Assembly: GCA_963169535.1 (NCBI GenBank)
Contig: CAUJED010000104.1
Location: 4,537 to 68,536 of the forward strand
Reading direction: 5' to 3'
From: Bacteroidota bacterium
GTDB lineage: Bacteria; Bacteroidota; Bacteroidia; Flavobacteriales_F; PHOS-HE28
DNA: 64,000 bases
The position numbers and the translations under genes are program-made. Under the pieces are notes generated by a model. The model was not told the DNA's origin and did not search any database. It saw only the letters and a list, made by a program, of their open reading frames with translations. Below are positions 9,077 to 18,264 of this stretch, piece by piece (position 1 is the first letter of the stretch; every line of letters begins with the position of its first letter).

Positions 9077-11090
9077 ACTTGTAACTCCTCTGCGTCAGTT
9101 TCACCTCCTCGAAGGTCAGTGGCTCCTTGTGCAGCTCCGCCTTGCCGGCTTCGCCCAGCCACTCCCAGGCGGCCACGTAGGCGAAATTCTCATCGTCGCG
9201 TTTGGCCTCGCCCTTCTGCGGACCATCCAGCTCCTGCGATTCCTCGCGGAAGTGGCCGCCACAGCTCTCGTTTCGGTGTAGGGCGTCCATGCACATCAGT
9301 TCACCCAGCTCCAGGAAATCGGCCACACGACCGGCCTTCTCCAGCTCTTGGTTGAATTCGTTCGCCTTGCCGGGCACGCGTACATCGCGGTAGAATTCCT
9401 CACGGATCCGGCGGATCTCCTGGATCGCTTGTTTGAGGCCTTCGGCGTTGCGGGCCATGCCGCACTTGTCCCACATCACCTTGCCGAGCGCGCGGTGGAA
9501 ATCGTCCACGGGCTTGGTGCCCTTGTTGTTCAGGAAGTGGTTTATGCGGTCGCGCTGCTCCTTCTCGGCGGCTTCGAACTCGGGGCGCTTCGTGTCGATG
9601 GGGCCCGTGCGGATATCGTCCGCCAGGTAGTCGCTCACGGTGTAGGGTGCCACGAAATAGCCGTCGGCCAGGCCCTGCATCAGCGCGGAGGCTCCGAGGC
9701 GGTTGGCGCCGTGGTCGCTGAAGTTGGCCTCGCCCAAGGCGAAGAGGCCCGGCACGGTGGTCTGCAGGTTGTAGTCCACCCATAGGCCGCCCATGGTGTA
9801 GTGTACGGCGGGGTAGATCTTCATCGCGTGGTCGTACGGGTTCTCACCGACGATGTTCTCGTACATGTCGAAGAGGTTGCCGTACTTCTCACTCACCACG
9901 GCGCGGCCCAGCTCGGTGATCTTCTCGTTGCTCGGGTTCTGGATCTTCTGGATGTTGGCCTGTTGCTTTCCGTAGCGTTCGATGGCCGCACTGAAGTCCA
10001 GGTACACGGCCTCGCCGGTCTTGTTCACACCGAAGCCTGCATCGCAACGCTCTTTGGCGGCGCGGCTGGCCACGTCGCGCGGCACGAGGTTGCCGAAGGC
10101 CGGGTAGCGGCGTTCGAGGTAGTAATCGCGATCGGCCTCGGGGATGTCGCTGCCTTTCTTCTTGCCGTCGCGGATCGCTTTCGCGTCCTCGAGTTTCGCT
10201 GGCACCCAGATGCGGCCGTCGTTGCGGAGCGATTCGCTCATGAGCGTGAGCTTGCTCTGGTGCGTGCCGCTCACGGGGATGCAGGTGGGGTGGATCTGCG
10301 TGTAGCACGGGTTGCCGAAGAAGGCTCCACGTTTGTGCGCCTTCCATGCCGCGGTGACATTGCTGCCCATGGCGTGGGTGCTCAGGAAGAACACGTTGCC
10401 ATAACCGCCGGTGCAGAGCAGCACCGCATGGGCGCCGTGGCGCTCGATCTCGCCGGTGATCAGGTTGCGGGCGATGATGCCGCGTGCTTTGCCATCCACG
10501 ATCACCACATCGAGCATCTCATGCCGGTCGAACATCTGCACCGCGCCCTTGCCCACCTGGCGCATCAACGCACTGTACGCACCCAGCAACAACTGTTGCC
10601 CGGTCTGGCCGCGGGCGTAGAAGGTGCGGCTCACCTGCACGCCGCCGAACGAGCGGTTGTCGAGCAATCCGCCGTAGTCACGGGCGAAGGGCACACCCTG
10701 TGCCACGCACTGGTCGATGATGTTCGCGCTTACCTCCGCCAAGCGGTACACGTTGGCCTCCCGCGCGCGGTAGTCTCCGCCTTTCACCGTGTCGTAGAAC
10801 AGGCGGTAGGTGCTGTCGCCGTCGTTCATGTAGTTCTTCGCGGCGTTGATCCCGCCCTGTGCGGCGATACTGTGGGCGCGGCGCGCGCTATCCTGGAAAC
10901 AGAAGGCCTTCACACTGTAGCCCTGTTCCGCCAGGGAGGCGGCGGCGGCGGCACCGGCCAGGCCCGTACCCACCACGATCACGTCGATGCGGCGTTTGTT
11001 GGCCGGGTTCACGATGCGTGCGTGTCCCTTGTGGTAGGTCCACTTCTTGTCGATGGGGCCGGGGGGGATCTTGCTGTCGAGCTTGCTCAT
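9075..11090 (-). CDS. sdhA: Succinate dehydrogenase/fumarate reductase flavoprotein subunit
   Basis: FAD-binding [19 protein letters not shown], histidyl-FAD context [15 protein letters not shown], and HYTMGG. The start is placed at the ATG at 11090 (MSKLDSKIP...). The 30-codon upstream extension in the track runs through a spacer hairpin. Confidence 0.93.
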   Translation of the reverse strand: MSKLDSKIPPGPIDKKWTYHKGHARIVNPANKRRIDVIVVGTGLAGAAAAASLAEQGYSVKAFCFQDSARRAHSIAAQGGINAAKNYMNDGDSTYRLFYDTVKGGDYRAREANVYRLAEVSANIIDQCVAQGVPFARDYGGLLDNRSFGGVQVSRTFYARGQTGQQLLLGAYSALMRQVGKGAVQMFDRHEMLDVVIVDGKARGIIARNLITGEIERHGAHAVLLCTGGYGNVFFLSTHAMGSNVTAAWKAHKRGAFFGNPCYTQIHPTCIPVSGTHQSKLTLMSESLRNDGRIWVPAKLEDAKAIRDGKKKGSDIPEADRDYYLERRYPAFGNLVPRDVASRAAKERCDAGFGVNKTGEAVYLDFSAAIERYGKQQANIQKIQNPSNEKITELGRAVVSEKYGNLFDMYENIVGENPYDHAMKIYPAVHYTMGGLWVDYNLQTTVPGLFALGEANFSDHGANRLGASALMQGLADGYFVAPYTVSDYLADDIRTGPIDTKRPEFEAAEKEQRDRINHFLNNKGTKPVDDFHRALGKVMWDKCGMARNAEGLKQAIQEIRRIREEFYRDVRVPGKANEFNQELEKAGRVADFLELGELMCMDALHRNESCGGHFREESQELDGPQKGEAKRDDENFAYVAAWEWLGEAGKAELHKEPLTFEEVKLTQRSYK

Positions 11091-11104
11091 GGGATGAGGA
11101 AGGG

Positions 11105-11198
11105 GCGAATGGTCAATGGGAGAAAGTGAATGTGAATAGCGCATGGCGAATGGTGGAGCGGTCTCCGACCCATTCGCCATTCACCATCGACCATTCAC
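11105..11198 (-). repeat. Long imperfect inverted repeat (hairpin) in the sdhC-sdhA spacer
   Basis: Inner stem GGCGAATGG (11145-11153) pairs with CCATTCGCC (11170-11178), with nested GGAG/CTCC. Outer stem GCGAATGGTCAATGG (11105-11119) pairs with CCATCGACCATTCAC (11184-11198), 13/15 complementary. Confidence 0.7.
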
Positions 11199-11223
11199 TT
11201 GTGCGGGGCATTTTGCGCGTGGT

Positions 11224-11907
11224 TCACTGGATCCACTTGAAATAGAACGCGAGGGGCATCAATGCGAAGAGGGTGGGGATCACGATGCTGAAGATCGTGC
11301 CACAGCCCGCGATGAAACCGTTGTAGCGTTTATGGTTGAGGCCGAGGCTTTGGAAGGCGCTCTTGAAGCCGTGGAGCAGGTGCCAGAAGAGGCTGAAGCA
11401 GCCCAGCACGTACAGCAGCACGATCCACGGGTTCTGGAACACCTCCACCATCACGGCGTAGAGGTTCTCCTGCCCGGCGGCATCCATGCCGTAGTGGTGC
11501 AGGCCAGTGATGCGGCTTTTCACCCAGAAGTGCCAGATGTGCATGATGAGGAAGAAGAGGATGAGTGTGCCGAGGATGCCCATGCTGGCGCTGTACCACG
11601 TGCGGTTGGCACGGCCCTTCTCCATGGCGTACTTCACCGGCCGTGCCTCCCGGTTCTGGCGCCAGAGCATAAGGCCGTCCACGATATGGAGGATCAAGCC
11701 CGCGAACAGGACCACCTCCATGGTGCGGATCAGCGGGTTCTTGGCCATGAACTCCGCTCCGCTGTTGAACGTCACCCCTCCGTCGTTGAAGAAGATGAGG
11801 GAGTTGACGGTGGCGTGTACCACCAGGAAGCTGATAAGGAAAAGGCCCGTGAGGGCCATCCAGTACTTCTTGACGAGGGAGGAACCAAAGAGTCCTTGAC
11901 GGGCCAT
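11224..11907 (-). CDS. sdhC: Succinate dehydrogenase cytochrome b subunit (b558 family, multi-helix)
   Basis: 227-aa hydrophobic protein with several His-containing helices, immediately upstream of sdhA in the Bacteroidota-type sdhCAB order. Confidence 0.85.
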   Translation of the reverse strand: MARQGLFGSSLVKKYWMALTGLFLISFLVVHATVNSLIFFNDGGVTFNSGAEFMAKNPLIRTMEVVLFAGLILHIVDGLMLWRQNREARPVKYAMEKGRANRTWYSASMGILGTLILFFLIMHIWHFWVKSRITGLHHYGMDAAGQENLYAVMVEVFQNPWIVLLYVLGCFSLFWHLLHGFKSAFQSLGLNHKRYNGFIAGCGTIFSIVIPTLFALMPLAFYFKWIQ

Positions 11908-11951
11908 GCGTTGCGGATTGTCACCGGGGTGGTCACCGGATATTGAGAAGG

Positions 11952-11959
11952 CAAAATTA
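11952..11959 (-). promoter_or_regulatory. Candidate Bacteroidota sigma-A -7 box (TAATTTTG) for the sdh operon
   Basis: It matches TAnnTTTG on the minus strand, about 45 nt upstream of the sdhC ATG. No clear -33 TTG element was seen. Confidence 0.3.
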
Positions 11960-12199
11960 GGGTTCGATGGTTTAAGGGGGCGTAGCAGGGTTGGAGGGCG
12001 CTTATTTGGAATGGTTCTGATCTGTGGATCTTCAATGGTGACGGAGAGGTCGCCCCCTGTTGAAGGTCAGCTGGATCAATGATCAGCGCGTTGGAGCCAG
12101 CCGTACGAAGCCTTTGGATCGGGCGATCCGGTCAGGCCGATCCGATCGGTCAAGGTCAGGGGTTCGCACGTGGCCTCCAGTCGTGCGCACCTGTTTCGA

Positions 12200-15100
12200 T
12201 CAACGCACCAAGGTCACGTGTCCCGTGCGCTCATAGGTGTTACCGGAGACTTCCGTGGCCTTCACGCTCCACACGTAAGTATCCACGGGCGCATCCTGCC
12301 CCCCGTAACGCCCGTTCCAGCGGTCGTCGAGATCCGAAGTGCTCCAGATCAGCTTCCCCCAGCGGTCGAACACGTTCAATTGGATCGCCACGATATCCGT
12401 CCCCCATGCGCCGAACGCATCGTTCCGGCCATCGTTGTTAGGGGTGAAGGCGTTGGGGATGAAGAGGCTACCGGGGATGATGATGGTGACAACGTCCGTT
12501 GCGATGCACCCGTTGTTGTCGGTGAGGGTCACGGTATAGGTGGTGGTGCGCTCCGGTGTGGCCAGTGGTGCGGAGATCGTACTATCGGAGAGTGAGTTTC
12601 CGGGACTCCAAACGAAGGCGCCATTGCCCACGGCCAGGAGTTGAGCGGCCCGCCCAAGTTCCAGCACTTGATCCCACAGCGCGGTCACCGTGGCTTGTGG
12701 GAAAGTGGCCACATGAAGGGAATCGATACCGGTACAGCCGAACGGATCGACCATGCTTACGGTATAGACCATGTCGGCGTTCACTACGCAGATGGGTGTG
12801 GCCGAGAAGGGGTCGTCAAGTGCGGTGGTCGGTGACCATGTGTGGGATACACCGGGTGATGTGTGGAACTGGACCAGCTGGCCAGGGCACACGGTGGTAT
12901 CGGGCCCGGCCATCACGTGGGGCACATGGATATCCACCAGGGCGGAATCCCGAAGCGTGCCACAGCCATTGTGTACCGTGACCACATACCACGTGGAGGT
13001 GGATGGTGTGACCACGGGGTTTCGTATTTCGAGGTCCACGATGCCGGGTACGGGCAGCCATTCATAAGACGCTCCGATGGGCGCCCAAAGCTGAACCGGG
13101 TTTCCGTGACAGATCGTGGTATCGGACAGTGCAGGCAAGGGTGGTGTGGTGTAGACCAGGGCTTGCAGCGTGTCGAAGATCAGGCATCCATCGGGGGTGG
13201 TGATGGTCACGCTGTAGATCGTGGTATCCAACGGAGTGGCCAATGGCGTGGGCAGTGAGGGGTCGTCCAGGGATCCAGGCGGTGACCAGAGATACGTGCC
13301 GCCACCCGTGGCATGAAGTGTCACCCCGGTACCGGCGCATACGATCACATCGGCGCCCGCCGAACCCACTGGAGTGATATGATCCAGGTGAATGCTGGTG
13401 GTATCGAAGCCGCAGGAACTCTCTACGATAACGGAGTAGGTGGTGGGCCCAAGCGGTGTCACGGTAGGTGCTTGCAACGTGGAATCGTTCATCGTTTGCG
13501 CGGGGAACCACGCCCAGGAAAGGCCGTCCGATGCGAAGAGCTGAACGCTGGCCCCGGGACAGATGGGGGGTTGCGGAGTGATCGAGGGTTCCGGTGGATC
13601 CATGATGGTGATCACGATGGATGCGGTATCGGGCAACACACAGCCGTAGCTGTCACTCATCGCCATGGACACGGTATATACACCGGGGGTCGTGAACGTG
13701 TGCTGTGGCTCGAACGCTGAGCTGGTCTGGCCATCGCCGAAGTTCCATGAGAAGACATCGCCTCCCGAACTGTTGTTGATGAACTGCACCGTGCTGGGCG
13801 CACAGGAGGTCGTGGGGCCATCGATGCTCACCTCCGCATGAGCGGCCGTGAGGTCGAACTTGAACACACCGAGGTTACAATGGGATCCGTTGACCGTACT
13901 CCACGCTCCCGGGGTGGTGGGGAAGTCGTCGCTGTTCTGGCAGCCTGCGCATACCGCTTGGTAGATGGTGCCATTCTTATGGAAGCGGCTCGTTCCGCCA
14001 TCCACATGTTCGCCCGTGGTGAGGCTGCCGAAGAAGGTGGCGTAGCTCAGGCTCACCGCCTCGGGGTCCAGCACCATCAAGTACAGGTCCGACCCATCGG
14101 TGGCGCTTTGGAAGGCGCCGGGCGTTGTCTCCAGCCCGGTGGTGGTGCTGGTGGTTATGCCGGCGAGTTCATTGGCGGCACCCCCCCAGCCACTGAAGTA
14201 GATCTGACCACAATTGCTGACCAGGAACGCCGTAGGGGCGAGGAACTGTCCGGGGGAGCCATTCCCGAACACGGTGCTCCAGTTGGATGCGCTCAGGTCG
14301 TTGCTCAGTTTGTGGATGAACTGGGAGCTCCCGGGCACCTGGTATCGACCCGGCGAAACGGGATAGGGGCCATCGGTCTGGCCTACCACGAACACCGCAT
14401 CGTTCGTGTCCAACTGAACAAAGTAGCACTGATCATAGGTGTTCGTGCCGAGGAAGGTGGAGCTCCAGGGTGCCCCCTGGGGTGAATAGCGCATGATGAA
14501 GCCCTCGGCACTTCCGGCGAAGGTGGCCTTGTAGGGAGTGCCGTGCATGGGAAGGTCGGCACTGGTGGTGCCACCGGCCACGAACACCGCGCCCTGGCTG
14601 TCCACCTGCACGCCGTACGCGGCATCGGCACCGCTGCCACCGAGGTAGGTCGCCCATTCAAGGTTGCTCAGGCCGGGGTTCAGCCGGAAGGCGTACGCGT
14701 CCTGCTCGCCGCCGCCGTACGCGGGTTGGGCGGGGTTCGCCAAGGGCAGGTCGGTGCTCGAAGTGGTGCTGGCCACCACGGGGTGCTCTTGTGCGTCCAG
14801 GATGATCTCGCCACGGAAAGTGTCCCCGTAGTTGTTCTGCAGGGTGTTCTCATTGTTCAACCCATCGTTGTGCGAGCCACCCAGGAAGGTGCTGGCCACC
14901 ATGGCCGTGGCGGTGGCGTTCAGGTGGACCACGAACATGTCCGTGCCGTTGGGCTGTTGGAACCCGTATCCCGTGTTGAAGTTCACGGGGGGGCCACCGA
15001 TGAAGGCGGGCTGGAGGCAGCCTGCGGTGGTCGGGAAGTCCGCCGATCCGGTGTGCCCGAAGATGTACAGCTCGTTGGCCGCGTTCACCACCATGCTGTG

Positions 15101-16114
15101 TGGGGCTTCGCTGGATAGGCCACCGATGTACGTGCTCCATACCAAGGCACTACCGTCCACCGACCACTTGCTCACGCCCACATCCACGGTCTGGCCGTTC
15201 GCTCCGGGGTTCAACGGGCCGTTGAAGGAAGCGTCCAGGACCCCGAGGGTGGTGGGGTACCCTGGCTGGAAGACGATACCACCGCCATACAGGTGTCCTG
15301 CATCATCGTACGTGGCGGTGAATCCGAAATTGTTACCGGTGCTGCCGCTGTAGCTGGAGAAGGCCAGCACCGGATCGATCACCAGCTCCCGGCCATGGTC
15401 CAGGGTTGGGGGCAGTTGAAAGGAAAGTTCATCGTCGGCGAGCAAGAACCGGGTGAGGATGGGCGTTCGGGCCATATCGTTCGAGTAATAGGAAAGCGGC
15501 TTTTCCTCGATCACGTCACCGGCGGTGGTCCGCACCACGCATTGTTCTTCTTCGATCCGCACCGCCACTTGTCCTTCGTACACCAAGCGTATGGCATTGG
15601 GGTCGGCACCGGCCGCCACGATGAACTCGTACTTCAGGCCCTTGGAGCCATCCAAGCGCAGGTCGATCCCTGGCCAAACACCATATAAGGTCACCTCGCC
15701 GTACACCGCACAACCGGTTCCCCAACGGGCGGGGTCGTTGCCAAGGAAGAAGTTCTCAAAATGGCCGGCTTTGTTGGCCCCGCTCCATCGCTGAGCACGG
15801 CCTTGCTGGAAGTGGACTTTGAAGGCGTGCGCCGCATACGGTTCTGCAGGGTGGTCCTGATGCGCGATACCATGCCTGTGCGGCTCACCTCCGCGCTGAA
15901 GCACATAGGTGAAGGCCTCTTTCTCGATGAAGAGCGCCCCGTTGGGCAACAGCACACGGAACAGCACCTCGTCGGGCCACTGCCCCCGGTTCTCCGTGAA
16001 GGAGGCGACCGGTGCCGAGGCCCATAGCCTGGCGCTGATCAGAAGCAGGAGGAGAAGGCCGGTGTGTCGCACGGTCAAAGACGCTTCTTCCGGCAAGTTA
16101 TACCTACGGACCAT
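12200..16114 (-). CDS. Very large secreted protein with a beta-propeller-like repeat region, a PKD-like domain, Ig-like/SprB-type repeats and a T9SS type-B C-terminal domain
   Basis: N-terminal signal-like LLLLLLISARLWASA. Recurrent ..FLGG/YLGG..D.A..V..D..G...V.G.T.S.DFP.. repeats. PKD-like FSWNFGDGQTSS. C-terminus LFIPNAFTPNNDGRNDAFG...VFDRWGKLIW...WNGRY. Confidence 0.85.
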   Translation of the reverse strand: MVRRYNLPEEASLTVRHTGLLLLLLISARLWASAPVASFTENRGQWPDEVLFRVLLPNGALFIEKEAFTYVLQRGGEPHRHGIAHQDHPAEPYAAHAFKVHFQQGRAQRWSGANKAGHFENFFLGNDPARWGTGCAVYGEVTLYGVWPGIDLRLDGSKGLKYEFIVAAGADPNAIRLVYEGQVAVRIEEEQCVVRTTAGDVIEEKPLSYYSNDMARTPILTRFLLADDELSFQLPPTLDHGRELVIDPVLAFSSYSGSTGNNFGFTATYDDAGHLYGGGIVFQPGYPTTLGVLDASFNGPLNPGANGQTVDVGVSKWSVDGSALVWSTYIGGLSSEAPHSMVVNAANELYIFGHTGSADFPTTAGCLQPAFIGGPPVNFNTGYGFQQPNGTDMFVVHLNATATAMVASTFLGGSHNDGLNNENTLQNNYGDTFRGEIILDAQEHPVVASTTSSTDLPLANPAQPAYGGGEQDAYAFRLNPGLSNLEWATYLGGSGADAAYGVQVDSQGAVFVAGGTTSADLPMHGTPYKATFAGSAEGFIMRYSPQGAPWSSTFLGTNTYDQCYFVQLDTNDAVFVVGQTDGPYPVSPGRYQVPGSSQFIHKLSNDLSASNWSTVFGNGSPGQFLAPTAFLVSNCGQIYFSGWGGAANELAGITTSTTTGLETTPGAFQSATDGSDLYLMVLDPEAVSLSYATFFGSLTTGEHVDGGTSRFHKNGTIYQAVCAGCQNSDDFPTTPGAWSTVNGSHCNLGVFKFDLTAAHAEVSIDGPTTSCAPSTVQFINNSSGGDVFSWNFGDGQTSSAFEPQHTFTTPGVYTVSMAMSDSYGCVLPDTASIVITIMDPPEPSITPQPPICPGASVQLFASDGLSWAWFPAQTMNDSTLQAPTVTPLGPTTYSVIVESSCGFDTTSIHLDHITPVGSAGADVIVCAGTGVTLHATGGGTYLWSPPGSLDDPSLPTPLATPLDTTIYSVTITTPDGCLIFDTLQALVYTTPPLPALSDTTICHGNPVQLWAPIGASYEWLPVPGIVDLEIRNPVVTPSTSTWYVVTVHNGCGTLRDSALVDIHVPHVMAGPDTTVCPGQLVQFHTSPGVSHTWSPTTALDDPFSATPICVVNADMVYTVSMVDPFGCTGIDSLHVATFPQATVTALWDQVLELGRAAQLLAVGNGAFVWSPGNSLSDSTISAPLATPERTTTYTVTLTDNNGCIATDVVTIIIPGSLFIPNAFTPNNDGRNDAFGAWGTDIVAIQLNVFDRWGKLIWSTSDLDDRWNGRYGGQDAPVDTYVWSVKATEVSGNTYERTGHVTLVR

Positions 16115-16287
16115 GTGCGCCCGCCCTGGTGTTCAGGTTCTGGGATATGCCGTTCAATGTGGGCGATGGGCATGGTGTGCAAGCAGCGGAGAGCGGCCCT
16201 ACACAGGGGTAGACAAGTCGTTGGGGTAAAAGGTTGCTTGTTACGGCCTCTAGGTGCCGGGGGAATGCAGGGCCGCATCGGCTCCCG

Positions 16288-16295
16288 TACCTTTG
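16288..16295 (+). promoter_or_regulatory. Candidate -7 box (TACCTTTG) upstream of purF
   Basis: It matches TAnnTTTG about 68 nt upstream of the proposed purF start. Confidence 0.25.
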
Positions 16296-16362
16296 CCGGG
16301 CCAGACGTCCAGAGGTCATCATTCCGGTGGTCCTCATCTCTCGGCGACTGGTGCCAAGAGCC

Positions 16363-18264
16363 TTGAGCGACGCCATCAAGCACGAATGTGGGATCGCCCT
16401 GATCCGCCTTCGTAAACCGTTGGAATACTATCAACAGCGGTACGGAACCCCGCTTTACGGGCTCAACAAGCTGTACCTTCTGATGGAGAAGCAGCACAAC
16501 CGGGGGCAGGATGGTGCCGGTGTGGGGGCGATCAAACTCGATCCGGTGCCAGGCACCGCTTATATCGACCGGTATCGGAGTACCGACAAGCAGGCCATCC
16601 AGAAGATCTTCGAACGGATCCATCGGGGCTACGACGAGGCGGTGAAGGGCGATCCCGCGGCCGGACAAGATGTGGAAGCGCTCAAGCGGGCGATGCCGTT
16701 CATGGGCGAGCTGTTGCTGGGGCATTTGCGCTATGCCACCTTCGGCAAGGATGGTGAGGAGAACTGCCATCCGCGGCGGCGTCTGAACAATTGGATGACC
16801 CGCAACCTGGTGGTGGCGGGCAATTTCAATATGACCAATGTGGACGAGCTGTTCGAACTGCTCGTCTCCATCGGTCAAACTCCCAAGGAGCGCAGCGATA
16901 CCATGACCGTGCTGGAGAAGATCGGCCACTTCCTCGATGTGGAGAACGATCGGCTCGCTCAACTACACCGCCAGCTCGGATACAACGAACGGCAGATCTC
17001 GCAGCTGATCGCCGAAAAGCTCGATGTACGGCAGATCCTGGTGAACAGCGCCTTGGATTTCGATGGCGGCTATGCGCTGGCGGGCATGATGGGCCATGGT
17101 GATGCTTTCGTTCTGCGCGATCCTGCAGGTATCCGCCCCGCCTATTGGTACGCCGATGAGGAGGTGGTGGTGGTGGCCAGCGAACGGCCTGCCATTCAAA
17201 CCGCGTTCGGCCTGCGCACCGAGGTGGTGCATGAGCTCACCCCGGGACATGCCCTCATCATCCGTAGGGATGGGCGCTACAGCGAGGAGAAGGTGCGTGA
17301 GCCCCTGGAGAAAAGGGCATGTAGCTTCGAGCGGATCTACTTCAGTCGGGGCAGCGATCGTGATGTGTACCGCGAGCGGATCGCCTTGGGGCGCTCCCTC
17401 ACTTCCGCGATCCTGGATCAGGTGGACCACGACCTCGAGAACACGGTGTTCAGCTTCATCCCTAACACCGCGGAAGTGGCCTGTTACGGCATGCTGAAGG
17501 GTGTCGAGGATGAGATCAACCTCATCAAGGAAAGACGGATCCTGGAGCTGGGCCCGTCGCCATCACCGGAGAAACTGCGCGCCATCCTCGCCTTACGTCC
17601 CCGTTTGGAGAAGGTGGCGATCAAGGATGCCAAGCTGCGCACCTTCATCACCGCCGATGATGCGCGTGATGACCTGGTGGCCCACGTGTACGACATCACG
17701 TACGGCACGGTACGTCCGGGCGTGGACAACCTGGTGGTGATCGACGATAGCATCGTGCGGGGCACCACATTGAAGCAGAGCATCCTCAAGATGCTGGCCC
17801 GGTTGGAGCCCAAGCGCATCGTGGTGGTGAGCAGCGCGCCGCAGATCCGTTACCCGGATTGCTATGGCATCGACATGGCCAAGATGGGCGACCTCGCAGC
17901 GTTCCGCGCCGCCATCGCCTTGCTGAAGGAGACCAAGCAGGAGAACATCATCGATGATGTGTATGATCGGGCCCTGGCCATGGTGGGCCGTCCCTTGGCC
18001 GAGCAGGAGAACGTGGTGAAGGACATCTACCGACCATTCACCGCCGAACGCATCAGCAGCAAGATCGCCGAGCTGCTCACCCCACCGGACCTGGGTGTGG
18101 AGGTGCGGCTCGTGTTCCAGACCATCGAAGGGCTTCGTGCGGCCTGTCCGGGTCATACAGGCGATTGGTACTTCACCGGGAACTATCCCACGCCCGGCGG
18201 TAATCGGGTGGTGAATCGGGCGTTCATCAACTACCGTGAAGGCCGGAACGTGCGCGCTTATTGA
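16363..18264 (+). CDS. purF: Amidophosphoribosyltransferase (glutamine PRPP amidotransferase, long Bacteroidota type)
   Basis: N-terminal nucleophile context AIKHECGIALIRL and PRTase motif LVVIDDSIVRGTT. The track's ATG at 16234 adds about 43 non-homologous residues. In-frame TTG (16363) or GTG (16351) give the usual ~630-aa length. Confidence 0.9.
   Translation: MSDAIKHECGIALIRLRKPLEYYQQRYGTPLYGLNKLYLLMEKQHNRGQDGAGVGAIKLDPVPGTAYIDRYRSTDKQAIQKIFERIHRGYDEAVKGDPAAGQDVEALKRAMPFMGELLLGHLRYATFGKDGEENCHPRRRLNNWMTRNLVVAGNFNMTNVDELFELLVSIGQTPKERSDTMTVLEKIGHFLDVENDRLAQLHRQLGYNERQISQLIAEKLDVRQILVNSALDFDGGYALAGMMGHGDAFVLRDPAGIRPAYWYADEEVVVVASERPAIQTAFGLRTEVVHELTPGHALIIRRDGRYSEEKVREPLEKRACSFERIYFSRGSDRDVYRERIALGRSLTSAILDQVDHDLENTVFSFIPNTAEVACYGMLKGVEDEINLIKERRILELGPSPSPEKLRAILALRPRLEKVAIKDAKLRTFITADDARDDLVAHVYDITYGTVRPGVDNLVVIDDSIVRGTTLKQSILKMLARLEPKRIVVVSSAPQIRYPDCYGIDMAKMGDLAAFRAAIALLKETKQENIIDDVYDRALAMVGRPLAEQENVVKDIYRPFTAERISSKIAELLTPPDLGVEVRLVFQTIEGLRAACPGHTGDWYFTGNYPTPGGNRVVNRAFINYREGRNVRAY

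Noticed and set aside
8566-9355. Plus-strand ORFs 8566..9084 and 8900..9355 encoding SSSLPLLFLSS.../FFTSSLLHFF... repeats
   Set aside because: They are translations of the polypyrimidine microsatellite and of antisense sdhA or four-helix-bundle sequence. The peptides are low-complexity and there is no independent coding signal.
9801-11129. 442-aa plus-strand ORF. The same class includes 36549..37682, 40898..42211, 61411..62397, 39873..40925, 25804..26802, 24287..25327, 16075..16962 and 17593..18657.
   Set aside because: Each lies antisense to a confidently identified housekeeping gene (sdhA, pepP, gmd, gcdH, fcl, sufB, sufC/D, purF). Each shows the Ala/Gly/Val/His/Arg-rich composition expected of the reverse complement of GC3-rich coding DNA.
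11961-11975. tRNA-like T-arm strings (GGTTCGAT...) here and at about 8488 and about 43790
   Set aside because: No acceptor, anticodon or D-arm complementarity surrounds them. Two of the three lie inside coding or leader sequence. No tRNA could be folded by eye anywhere in the window.
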